Below, in pieces: positions 54,930 through 64,000 of a stretch of 64,000 nucleotides of DNA. Both the position numbers and the translations under genes were made by a program. Every line of letters starts with the position of its first letter. The first letter of the stretch is position 1. The notes below the pieces were generated by a model. That model was not told the DNA's origin. It saw only the letters and a list, made by a program, of their open reading frames with translations, and ran no database searches. The stretch comes from Chloroflexota bacterium (GTDB taxonomy: Bacteria > Chloroflexota > UBA11872), in the NCBI GenBank assembly GCA_965208215.1, contig CBDBOH010000003.1, forward strand, positions 1,470,880 through 1,534,879, given 5' to 3'.

Positions 54930-55793
54930 ATGCGGGTTGCCCTGCTGTTTCAGCCGCGCATTGCCGCATCCGTCGCCCACGCGCAACGCACCCAGCACCG
55001 GCTCCAATGTCTAGGCCTGGACGCGTGGTGCGTATCGTCGTGGGAGATCACCGAGCGGCCCGGCGATCTGGCGGGCGCCCAATTGGTCGTCACATTTGGG
55101 GGCGACGGCACGCTGCTGCGGGCGGCGCGCGCCGCGGCTCCACATCGAGCTATCTGCCTGGGCGTCAACTACGGACGACTGGGATTCCTGACCGAGTTCT
55201 CACCGGACGAATTCGATGAACGTCTCGACGACGTGCTCGACGGCGGCTACTGGATCGAAGAACGCGTCCTGATCGACTGGACGCACCACGATGTCAACGG
55301 CGTGGTTGCCTCGGGTCTTGCCGCGGGCGACGTGGTGGTCGGTCGAGGGCGGATGGCGCGCGTCGTCGAGATCGAGGTGCGTATCAACGGCGTCGTGCTG
55401 ACGACGTACACCTCGGACGGCGTGATCGTGGCTACCCCGACGGGTACGACGGGGTATGTGCAGGCGGCCGGCGGACCGGTGTTGCATCCGAAAGTGCGGG
55501 ACCTGGTGATGACGCCGCTGGTTCCGTTCCTGACGCCCGCGAACTCGATCGTGGTGGGCCACGACGAGCGCGTGGAACTGACGACCTTCACCACGCACGA
55601 GGCGACACTCTCGATTGACGGTCAGACCGATCAATTGCTGGCCTCCGGCGATCGGGTGGTGTGCGAGGCGTCCGAGCACCTGGCGCGCTTCGCGCGGTTG
55701 CGCGAGAGCGACTACTTCTACGCCACGCTGGCCGAAAAGATGCGCTGGCGCGTTCCGCGGGAGATGCCGCGACCTGTTCACGGATCCGGCTAA
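54930..55793 (+). CDS. nadK: NAD(+) kinase
   Basis: VVTFGGDGTLL...GVNYGRLGFLTEF... Confidence 0.85.
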   Translation: MRVALLFQPRIAASVAHAQRTQHRLQCLGLDAWCVSSWEITERPGDLAGAQLVVTFGGDGTLLRAARAAAPHRAICLGVNYGRLGFLTEFSPDEFDERLDDVLDGGYWIEERVLIDWTHHDVNGVVASGLAAGDVVVGRGRMARVVEIEVRINGVVLTTYTSDGVIVATPTGTTGYVQAAGGPVLHPKVRDLVMTPLVPFLTPANSIVVGHDERVELTTFTTHEATLSIDGQTDQLLASGDRVVCEASEHLARFARLRESDYFYATLAEKMRWRVPREMPRPVHGSG

Positions 55794-55799
55794 ACGCGC

Positions 55800-57515
55800 G
55801 TGCTGAGGCACGTCAGCGTTCGCGACTTTGCGCTGATCGATGCCGTTGATCTTGAACTGGAACCCGGGCTGAACGTTCTTACCGGGGAGACGGGCGCGGG
55901 AAAGTCGATCCTGATCGACGCCATGGCGCTGGTGCTGGGGCGCCGGGCGCATCCCGCGGATATTCGCCCGGGAGCGCGGCATGCCTATGTCGAGGCCGTG
56001 TTTGACGCCACGCCGGGTCAGGCCGTGGCCGTCCTGGATTCATACGGCGCGGAGGTCGACGAGTCGCTGACCCTGTCGCGCGAAGTCCGCGCGGCCGGAC
56101 GTTCGACCGCGCGCATCAACGGGCGCGCCGTCCCGGTCCGCGCGCTGGCGGAGGTGGGACGAACGCTGGTTGACATGCACGGGCCGAGCGAGCACCAGTC
56201 GCTCTTTCGCCGCTCACAGCAGCTCGAATACCTGGACCGTTTCGCCGGATTGATTCCGGAGCGCGAAGCGGCGGCCGACCTGGTACGCGAACTACGGGCG
56301 ACGTGTCGCGAAGCGGACGAGCTTCAGCGCAATGCAAGGGAAACCGCGCGCGAGATCGATCTGCTGACGTTCCAGGTCGAGGAAATTGCAGCGGCAGGCC
56401 TCACGGCGGGTGAGGATGAGCGGCTGCGGGCGGATCGGCTGGTGCTGGCCAATGCGGAGCGGTTGCGAGGCCTGGCCAGCCAAGCCGCGGCTCAGCTGCA
56501 GGGCGAGACGCTGGATCCGGCGCCCGACATATTCGGATCGACCCGTGCAGCGGCCGAGGAAATGGCGGCGCTGGATCCGGGCGTGCGATCAGTGGCCGAG
56601 CAGGCCGCGCAACTACAGGAGCTGGCGACCGACCTGGCTCTGACGTTTCAGTCGTATGCGGAGAACGTGGTGGCCGATCCGGCGCGTCTGGGACAGATCG
56701 ACGAGCGACTGAACCAGATCGAATCGCTTATTCGCAAGTACGGGGACACGGCGGCTGACGTCATTGCCTACGGCGCGTCGGCGCGCGAGCGGCTGGATGA
56801 GCTGGATCGCGGGGACGCCCGGGTCGAAGCTCTGCGCGAGCAGGCCGCCGGGCTTAGGGCCCGCCTGATTCCGGCCGTCGCGGCACTTTCGGCGGAGCGC
56901 GTGCGGGCGGCCGGGGAACTGGCGGGCGCGATCGCCGTCCAGCTGGCCGACCTGAACATGGCGTCCGCCGAGTTCGAGGTCAGGTTGCGGCGGCAGGCCG
57001 ACGCGGACGGCCTGCCGGTGGAGGGTGAGCCGGGACCAGTTGCGTTTGATGAGTCCGGCATCGATCACGTGGACTTTCTCCTGAGCGTGAACAGCGGCCA
57101 GCCGCGACGGCCACTGGCCGACGTGGCGTCGGAAGGCGAACGGTCCCGAATCCTGCTGGGACTCAAGGTCGTGCTGGCGCGGGTTGATGAGACGCCTACG
57201 CTGGTCTTTGACGAGATCGACGTCGGCGTTGGCCCGAGGGCCGGTGACATTGTTGGACAGAAGCTGGCGGCGCTGGCCGAGTGGCGCCAAGTGCTCTGCA
57301 TCACGCACCTGGCGCCGGTGGCAGCGTTCGGCGATGCGCATTTCGTTGTGGCGAAATCGGACGCCGATGGCCACACGAGGACCGATGTCTCGCGGGTTGA
57401 CGGCCAGCGGGTCGTCGAGGAGATCGCGGCCATGAGCGGAGCAACCACAACGGCGGGTCGGCGGGTGGCGCGAGACTTGATGGCGGCGGCCCGATCATGG
57501 AAAGACGACGCGTGA
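55800..57515 (+). CDS. recN: DNA repair protein RecN
   Basis: MLRHVSVRDFALIDAVDLELEPGLNVLTGETGAGKSILIDAMALVLG... Confidence 0.9.
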   Translation: MLRHVSVRDFALIDAVDLELEPGLNVLTGETGAGKSILIDAMALVLGRRAHPADIRPGARHAYVEAVFDATPGQAVAVLDSYGAEVDESLTLSREVRAAGRSTARINGRAVPVRALAEVGRTLVDMHGPSEHQSLFRRSQQLEYLDRFAGLIPEREAAADLVRELRATCREADELQRNARETAREIDLLTFQVEEIAAAGLTAGEDERLRADRLVLANAERLRGLASQAAAQLQGETLDPAPDIFGSTRAAAEEMAALDPGVRSVAEQAAQLQELATDLALTFQSYAENVVADPARLGQIDERLNQIESLIRKYGDTAADVIAYGASARERLDELDRGDARVEALREQAAGLRARLIPAVAALSAERVRAAGELAGAIAVQLADLNMASAEFEVRLRRQADADGLPVEGEPGPVAFDESGIDHVDFLLSVNSGQPRRPLADVASEGERSRILLGLKVVLARVDETPTLVFDEIDVGVGPRAGDIVGQKLAALAEWRQVLCITHLAPVAAFGDAHFVVAKSDADGHTRTDVSRVDGQRVVEEIAAMSGATTTAGRRVARDLMAAARSWKDDA

Positions 57516-57597
57516 TGAGCCGAATGAACCACGGGGAGTCCCGACTCTCGTTGCTCATTGCGACCCCTCAGCGGTCCGGCGACGGGACTCCGGGGCT

Positions 57598-59207
57598 TTG
57601 GAACCGGCGAACTGCGTCCGGCATGCGTATTGCCAGGAAGCTCAGCGGGGCCGCGTAGGCCCGCCGTGCGGTCTGATGCGACTTGAGCTTGCGCCCCTGA
57701 ATCCCCGCGGCGGATCGTGGCCGGCCTTTCGGGCGACGGCGTACGGTCCCGACGCGTTCGGGCAGCGCCTGATTCCCCTGGCCCGGCGCTGGCAGCGCTA
57801 CCGAACGCTGAAATCGGCGCCGCGCGTCCTGACGATCAGCTTTGGCCTCGCGCTGCTCCTGGTTCTGGGCGCCGCCGCATTGGGACTGCCTCGCTTCGTC
57901 ATCATCTTGGTCCTGGGCGTGGCCATGATTCCGGTGGTTGCGTTGGTGGCGCGGGCCCTGGTGGCGCCGCCGCCGCTGGCCGCGGCGCTGGCCTACGACC
58001 GACGATTGGCCATGTTCGAGCGCCTTTCCACGGTAGTAGCGGGCTCGCGAGCCGACGAGCGCATGCGTGAATTGCAGCGCCGTGATGCGATTCAAGCCCT
58101 GGAAGCCGTCAATCCTTCACTTGCGTTTCCATATCGAGTGCCCCGCGCCGACCTGGGAGTCGTGGCCGTCGCCGCCGCGGCTCTGGCTCTTGGCATGCTG
58201 GCCGCGACCACAGACGTACTGCCTCGCCTGGGTGAACCAGCGCCGCATTCGGCGCTGGCGGAGAGCCTGGGTACGGCGGGCGACGGCGCGGCGCCCGCGC
58301 TCGCGGATCCGGCCGTGCTGGCACAGATCGACCAGATTCGAGCGGCGATGGCCGAACTGGAACGCCAGCGGGATCCCGAGGCCGCGCCCGCGGCGCTGGC
58401 CGCCGAGGCGGCCGGTGAGGCGATGCGACGGACAGCCGAGGGGCGGCGTCTCGGCCGAGCTCTGGACAGCGGCGATTTCCAGGCCGCCGCGGGCGAAGCG
58501 CGCGAACTGGGCGAGCAAATCTCCGGCATGAACAGCACGCGCATGGATGAGCTGGCGGACGGATTGAGGGAAGCGTCGGAACGCGCCGAGGGCCTGGACG
58601 AGGGACTGGCGAACCAGTTGCGGGCGGCGGCCGACGCGCTGGAAGCCGGGCAACTGGCCGACGCCCGCAGCGCACTCTCGCAACTGGCCCAGGAGATCGA
58701 AACCGTTGGGGCCACGGTCCAGGCCGACAGAGGACTCGAAGCGCAACTCGATCAGTTGGCGCGACAACTCGCCGAGGCCGAGGCGTTGGGCGGGGACGGC
58801 CTACCTGGAGCCGAGGGGGATTCGCTCGGGGACGCGGCGGCCGCCGCGGCAGCGGCGGCGGCGGATGCGAGTGCGGATGCGAGTGCGGATGCGAGTGCGG
58901 AGGGCAACGCCGGATCGCTGGGCGGCGGAGACTCCGTAGCGAGCGGACAGGCGCTGGAGGGCACGCTGGAAACCCTGGCACCGGAACAGCGGCTCAATGT
59001 GGACGGCAAACTCGAGGTCGTTGAAATCAAGCCGACCGAGGAGGGCGCTGAGGTGGTCGAGCGTCCGGTTCTGGAACTTGGACCCGGCGGATCGTCAGGA
59101 TTCGAGGCCTCGGCCGGCGACCGCGGATTCGCGGTTGGGCGGCCGGACGTGGCCCGGAATGTTCCACTCGATATGCTGCCAATGCTGGATCGTTACTTCA
59201 GCGAGCC

Positions 59208-59211
<4 letters not shown>
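57598..59211 (+). CDS. hypothetical Ala-rich membrane protein (first gene of the MoxR operon; start uncertain)
   Basis: TM helices (LTISFGLALLLVLGAAALGL, FVIILVLGVAMIPVVALVARALV), then an Ala/Glu-rich coiled-coil-like region; stop overlaps the MoxR start. Confidence 0.4.
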
Positions 59212-60213
<1,002 letters not shown>

Positions 60214-60221
<8 letters not shown>

Positions 60222-61119
60222 GCGCAGCGCCGGCGCCGCGCTGCCGGCGTTTGCGCCCGACGCGGCGCTGCGGGCCAAGCTGGCCAACCTCTCGCTGGTT
60301 TCCCAGCGTCCGCACGGGCACCTGCACACGGGAGGGCGGCGCAGCCGGGCGACCGGCTCATCACTGGAATTCGCCGATCACCGGTCCTACAGCCCGGGCG
60401 ACGACTACCGCCAGATCGACTGGAACATCTACGCCCGTACCGACGAGTTGTTCGTCAAGGTCCGGGAGTCGGAAGAGACGCTGGTGGTGCACCTGCTGCT
60501 GGACGTCAGCGGATCGATGGCGTCCGGCGCGCCGGCGAAACTGGAAGCCGCGCAGGCCGTGCTGGCCGCGCTGGGGTGGACGGCCCTGGCCAGCCTCGAC
60601 GTCGTTGCGGGGGCGGCGCTGGGGAACGACCTGGGCGAGACGTTCGCTCCGCGGCAAGGAGAGGCCTACGTCGCCCGCTTGTTCGAGTTCCTGGATCGAC
60701 AGCGACCGTCAGGTGAGACGGGGCTTTCGCGTGCGGTTACCGCGTATAACGCCCGGGCTCTCCCGCACGGAGTTGCGGTGCTGGCTTCCGATCTCCTGGC
60801 TCCCGACGCTCCGCGGGCAATAGGGTCGCTTGCCCAGCGGGGTCACGAGGTGACGGTGATCCACGTGCTTGACGACGAATTCGTCAATCCGGTTTTTGAC
60901 GATGAGGTGGAACTCGTCGACGCCGAGCGCGGCGACGCGCTGGAAGTGCTTGGCGACGGGGATCTGCTGCGCGCGTACCGCCAGGCGATCGGCGACTGGA
61001 CCAGCGACTTGCAGCGCTTCTGTCATCGCCGGCACGTGCGCTATGTGCCGATCCGGTCGAACTGGCCGGTGGAGGACATCGTGCTGCGGCGGCTGCGCGA
61101 GCACGGAACGCTGGCGTGA
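60214..61119 (+). CDS. DUF58 domain protein (MoxR partner, VWA-like fold)
   Basis: ...EFADHRSYSPGDDYRQIDWNIYARTDELFVK... Confidence 0.75.
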
Positions 61120-62954
61120 CCTGGGCGGCGCCGCTGGCCTTCGCCTGGGCGGGGCTGACCCTGGCGGTGCTGGCGTTTTTCCTGCTGCGTCCGCGCCGTG
61201 AGCGCATCGTGGTGGCCTCGCTGTTCGTCTGGCGGCGAACGATTCGCGCTCGGGCCGACGACACCTGGCTGGCCTGGCTGCGCCGGCACTCCGTGCTTCT
61301 GCTCCAGTTGCTGGCTGTGGTGGTGTTTGCGCTGGCGCTGGCGCGGCCCGAGCGCCTGGCAACGGTCGAACTGGGTCCTCCGGTCGCGATCGTTATGGAC
61401 GTTTCGGCGTCGATGGCCATGGCCGACGGAGCCGGGACACCGCGAATCGAGCAGGCCCGCGACGAGGCCACCGCGTTTGTGAATTCGCTCGACGACGACC
61501 GGCGCCTGTCGCTGATAACGGCCGGCGCTGTTCCGCGAACGCTTGCGGCGCAGACCAGCGATCGCGCCGAAGTGACCCGATTGCTCAGTGGGATACAAGC
61601 CGAAGCTTCGCACGGACGGCTGGACGCGGCGCTGGACATGGCGCGCTCGCTGGCGAGTCCGGCGGCGGGGGGCATCGTGGCGCTCTTTACGGATCGGGCG
61701 CCGGCCGAGGCCTCGAATCCCGTGTATGCCGGGGTCCGGACGGTCGTGGTGGGTGAGCCCGCGCCGAACGTCGCGCTGGCGTCATTCCAGGTTAGGCGAC
61801 GCCTCGATACGCCAGATGCCGTGCAGGGCGTGGTCGCGGTCCGAAACGACGGAATCACAGACGCCGTGGCCGAGGTGCTGGTAGCGGCGGGTCGCGGCTC
61901 ACCGACGAGCAGGGCGATCGACTTGGCCGCCGGGGCGCGCGAGATCCTGGTGTTCGACAACCTGCCGGCGGCGCCGGGCTACCAGGCCGAAGTTCGCGCG
62001 CCCGATGACGGTCTGCCGGCCGACGACCTGGCGTTTGCCTCGCTGGCCGAGCCGTCAGAGCTGTCGGTTGTGGTGGTCGGCAACGAACCCTGGCCAATCG
62101 TCCGGGCGCTGCAAGCCGTGCCCGCGGTGACGGCGCAGGCCATTGCCGTGGATTCGTTCGACCAGGCGAACTCGTCCGCGGACTTCTACGTGTTCCAGGG
62201 GTTCACGCCCGAGTTTCTGCCGTCCGCCTCCGCCGTTTTCGTCCAGCCTCGGGCCATGCCGGCCCTTGGCCTGGATTCGCCGATCAATGCCGACACGCGT
62301 CCATTGGCGGTAGCAGACAGCCCGCTCCTGAAATCGATCGACGTTGGCGACCTGGTGTCCGACTCGGACGTGACATATTCGGTGCCTCCGTGGGCGCAGG
62401 TGGACCTGAGCGTGGGCGACCGCGCTTTGCTCGCGCACGGGGTTGCTTATGGTCGCCGCACCGCCGTGGTCGGATTCGACGTGGCCGGCCCCGGGGTAAC
62501 GCAAGCGCCCTGGTTTCCGGTGTTCTGGTCCAATGTGGTGCGTTGGGCCGATCCATTTGCGCCATTGCCGGACGGGGCGGACCTGGAACCGGGGCGACCG
62601 GCCCGGCTCGTCCCGCATCCAAGGGCCGATCGAGTCGCCGTGACGAATCCGGGCGGGGACTCGACTGAGTTTATGGTGCCGGAGCCTGCGGTCCTTGAAG
62701 TGACGGTTCCTGGGGTCTATACGGTTCGCCAGTTCGTGGGTCAGGAACTGATGGCCCAGACCTCGGTCGAGTTTGCCCCCGGGCTAGCGACTCGTACGGT
62801 GCGAGGCGGGGCTTCGGCGGGGCCGAGCGCAACAGTCGACTCGGCCCAGCGGATCCAGGACCAGCTTGAACTGTGGCCGTGGGTGGCCGTTCTGGCGCTG
62901 ATGCTGGTGTTGGTCGAGTGGTGGATTTTCCATCGCGTCCGGGGAGTTCGCTGA
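61116..62954 (+). CDS. BatA-like membrane protein with von Willebrand factor A domain
   Basis: N-terminal TMs, VAIVMDVSASM (MIDAS DxSxS), C-terminal TM WPWVAVLALMLVLVEWWIF. Confidence 0.7.
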   Translation: MTWAAPLAFAWAGLTLAVLAFFLLRPRRERIVVASLFVWRRTIRARADDTWLAWLRRHSVLLLQLLAVVVFALALARPERLATVELGPPVAIVMDVSASMAMADGAGTPRIEQARDEATAFVNSLDDDRRLSLITAGAVPRTLAAQTSDRAEVTRLLSGIQAEASHGRLDAALDMARSLASPAAGGIVALFTDRAPAEASNPVYAGVRTVVVGEPAPNVALASFQVRRRLDTPDAVQGVVAVRNDGITDAVAEVLVAAGRGSPTSRAIDLAAGAREILVFDNLPAAPGYQAEVRAPDDGLPADDLAFASLAEPSELSVVVVGNEPWPIVRALQAVPAVTAQAIAVDSFDQANSSADFYVFQGFTPEFLPSASAVFVQPRAMPALGLDSPINADTRPLAVADSPLLKSIDVGDLVSDSDVTYSVPPWAQVDLSVGDRALLAHGVAYGRRTAVVGFDVAGPGVTQAPWFPVFWSNVVRWADPFAPLPDGADLEPGRPARLVPHPRADRVAVTNPGGDSTEFMVPEPAVLEVTVPGVYTVRQFVGQELMAQTSVEFAPGLATRTVRGGASAGPSATVDSAQRIQDQLELWPWVAVLALMLVLVEWWIFHRVRGVR

Positions 62955-62957
62955 CCC

Positions 62958-64000
62958 GTGGTCCTGGAACGTCCATGGTTGCTCATTCTGCTGGCGGCGC
63001 TGCCCGTCGCCATCTGGGTGACGTCGCGCAGCGTCACGCGTCTCTCCCGGATCCGGCTGGGACTGGCGACCTTGCTGAGGCTGATTGGCCTGACCGCAAT
63101 GGTTCTGGCCCTGGCCGGTTTTGCTATCGGACGCGATACCCGCCCTGCCACGGTCTTTGTGGTGGATACGTCCGATAGCATGCTCCTGGCCGAGCGCGCG
63201 AATGCCCACGGAGTCATTGACGCCTTCGTTCATGCGTTTGGGGCGGACGCGCCGGTGGGGGCCGTGCAGTTTGGCGCCAGCACCGCGGTGCTGGCCGCGC
63301 CGCAGCGCCTGGAGGAGGCCCCGCCCTTGCGCTCCGACCTGCCGGGACGCGACAGCAACTACGAGGCGGGGATTCTGACCGCGCTGGGCCTGCTCGACCC
63401 CGTCGCGGGCGGCCAACTGGTGCTGATTTCCGACGGTGCGGGCGCCGGACCGGGATTCGAGTCGGCTGTTCAGACGGCCGCCGCGCGGGGCGTGCCGATG
63501 TCGGTCATCCCGGCCGCGGCCACTCGCGGCGCCGATCTCGTGGTTCAGGCGGTTGAAGTCCCGGACATCGTCCACAGCGGCACGGCCCTCCAGGCGCGCG
63601 TACGCATTGCCTCGCAGCGGCGTACCACGGCGCGCCTGCGCCTCTGGGACAGTGAACGCCTGATCAGCGACGGTCCCATCGTCGTCGCCACAGGGACGCG
63701 CACCTACGGGGTGGAGTTGGGAGGACTTGCTCCCGGGTTTCACCGACTGCGGGCCGAGCTTCTTGAGGACGCTGACCCGAGGCTGGCCAATAACGTGGCC
63801 GAGGCGTTCATACGCGTGGCCGAGCCCGGTCGAGTGCTGACGATTGGCGAGACGTCCCAGGTCCGGGCGGCGCTACGGGCCGCAGACTTTGAGGTGCGGG
63901 ATGTCGCCCCCAGTGCGCTTGGCAGTGTCGATCTCACGCAGTTCGAGGCTGTTGTGGTGTCCAATGTGCCGGCCGAAGCGTTCGAGCCCGACGCGCTTGA
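62958..64000 (+). CDS. BatB-like VWA-domain membrane protein (3'-partial, runs off right edge)
   Basis: Unterminated ORF not in the track. GTG 62958 gives VVLERPWLLILLAALPVAIWV (TM) ...ATVFVVDTSDSMLLAE (MIDAS). Confidence 0.55.
   Translation, partial: MVLERPWLLILLAALPVAIWVTSRSVTRLSRIRLGLATLLRLIGLTAMVLALAGFAIGRDTRPATVFVVDTSDSMLLAERANAHGVIDAFVHAFGADAPVGAVQFGASTAVLAAPQRLEEAPPLRSDLPGRDSNYEAGILTALGLLDPVAGGQLVLISDGAGAGPGFESAVQTAAARGVPMSVIPAAATRGADLVVQAVEVPDIVHSGTALQARVRIASQRRTTARLRLWDSERLISDGPIVVATGTRTYGVELGGLAPGFHRLRAELLEDADPRLANNVAEAFIRVAEPGRVLTIGETSQVRAALRAADFEVRDVAPSALGSVDLTQFEAVVVSNVPAEAFEPDAL

Overview
High-GC (roughly 68-70%) bacterial chromosomal segment. The conserved tlyA-nadK-recN order suggests an Actinomycetota-like organism, though Chloroflexota cannot be excluded. 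I found no rRNA, tRNA, CRISPR array, transposase or integrase. Everything was read by eye with no database search, so family names are motif-based calls.

Contents, left to right:
- 1-4400: a glycan-degradation pair, GH78 alpha-L-rhamnosidase and GH29 alpha-L-fucosidase, plus pcm. The rhamnosidase runs off the left edge and is absent from the ORF track.
- 4.4-6.0 kb: a small accessory islet with a VapBC toxin-antitoxin pair, a YdeI-like ORF and an orphan HigA-like antidote.
- 6.2-19.6 kb: three consecutive giant secreted repeat proteins, all with signal peptides. The first (2031 aa) has about 40 RCC1-type blade repeats. The second (about 1070 aa) combines a PD40/TolB-like propeller, two plant-type LRR blocks and a cadherin-like domain. 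The third (about 1255 aa) carries roughly 56 plant-type LRRs in two capped blocks.
- 19.7-28 kb: SDR, EEP nuclease/phosphatase, PhyH-type dioxygenase, Zn-dependent dehydrogenase, ThuA and a split Tm-1-like pair (UPF0261 plus TIM-barrel). Between the dioxygenase and the dehydrogenase sit three tandem paralogous genes for ~60-aa secreted Cys-containing peptides, each behind its own near-consensus sigma70-like promoter. This is the most unusual element in the window.
- 28-34 kb: a cell-envelope operon with DUF2723, a secreted GH-like protein and LGFP-like repeat proteins.
- 34-45 kb: a polysaccharide biosynthesis cluster with DUF4012, priming sugar transferase, GT2, Wzy/WaaL-like protein, epimerase, GT4, methyltransferase and an ABC exporter.
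- 45-48 kb: aspartase/fumarase-family lyase, MidA-like methyltransferase and a zinc-ribbon membrane protein.
- 48.0-49.1 kb: a roughly 1-kb non-coding region. It holds a perfect 25-bp-stem hairpin, G/purine-rich tracts and two arrays of six 21-bp direct repeats that look like iterons. A Phd/PIN toxin-antitoxin pair with a palindromic operator follows.
- 50.1-50.9 kb: a retropepsin-like aspartic protease ORF that has no canonical start codon, next to a small partner gene.
- 51-57.5 kb: housekeeping genes fmdB-like, dtd, hisD, hisB (no hisC between them), tlyA, nadK and recN.
- 57.6-64 kb: a MoxR / DUF58 / VWA (BatA-like) operon whose last gene runs off the right edge.
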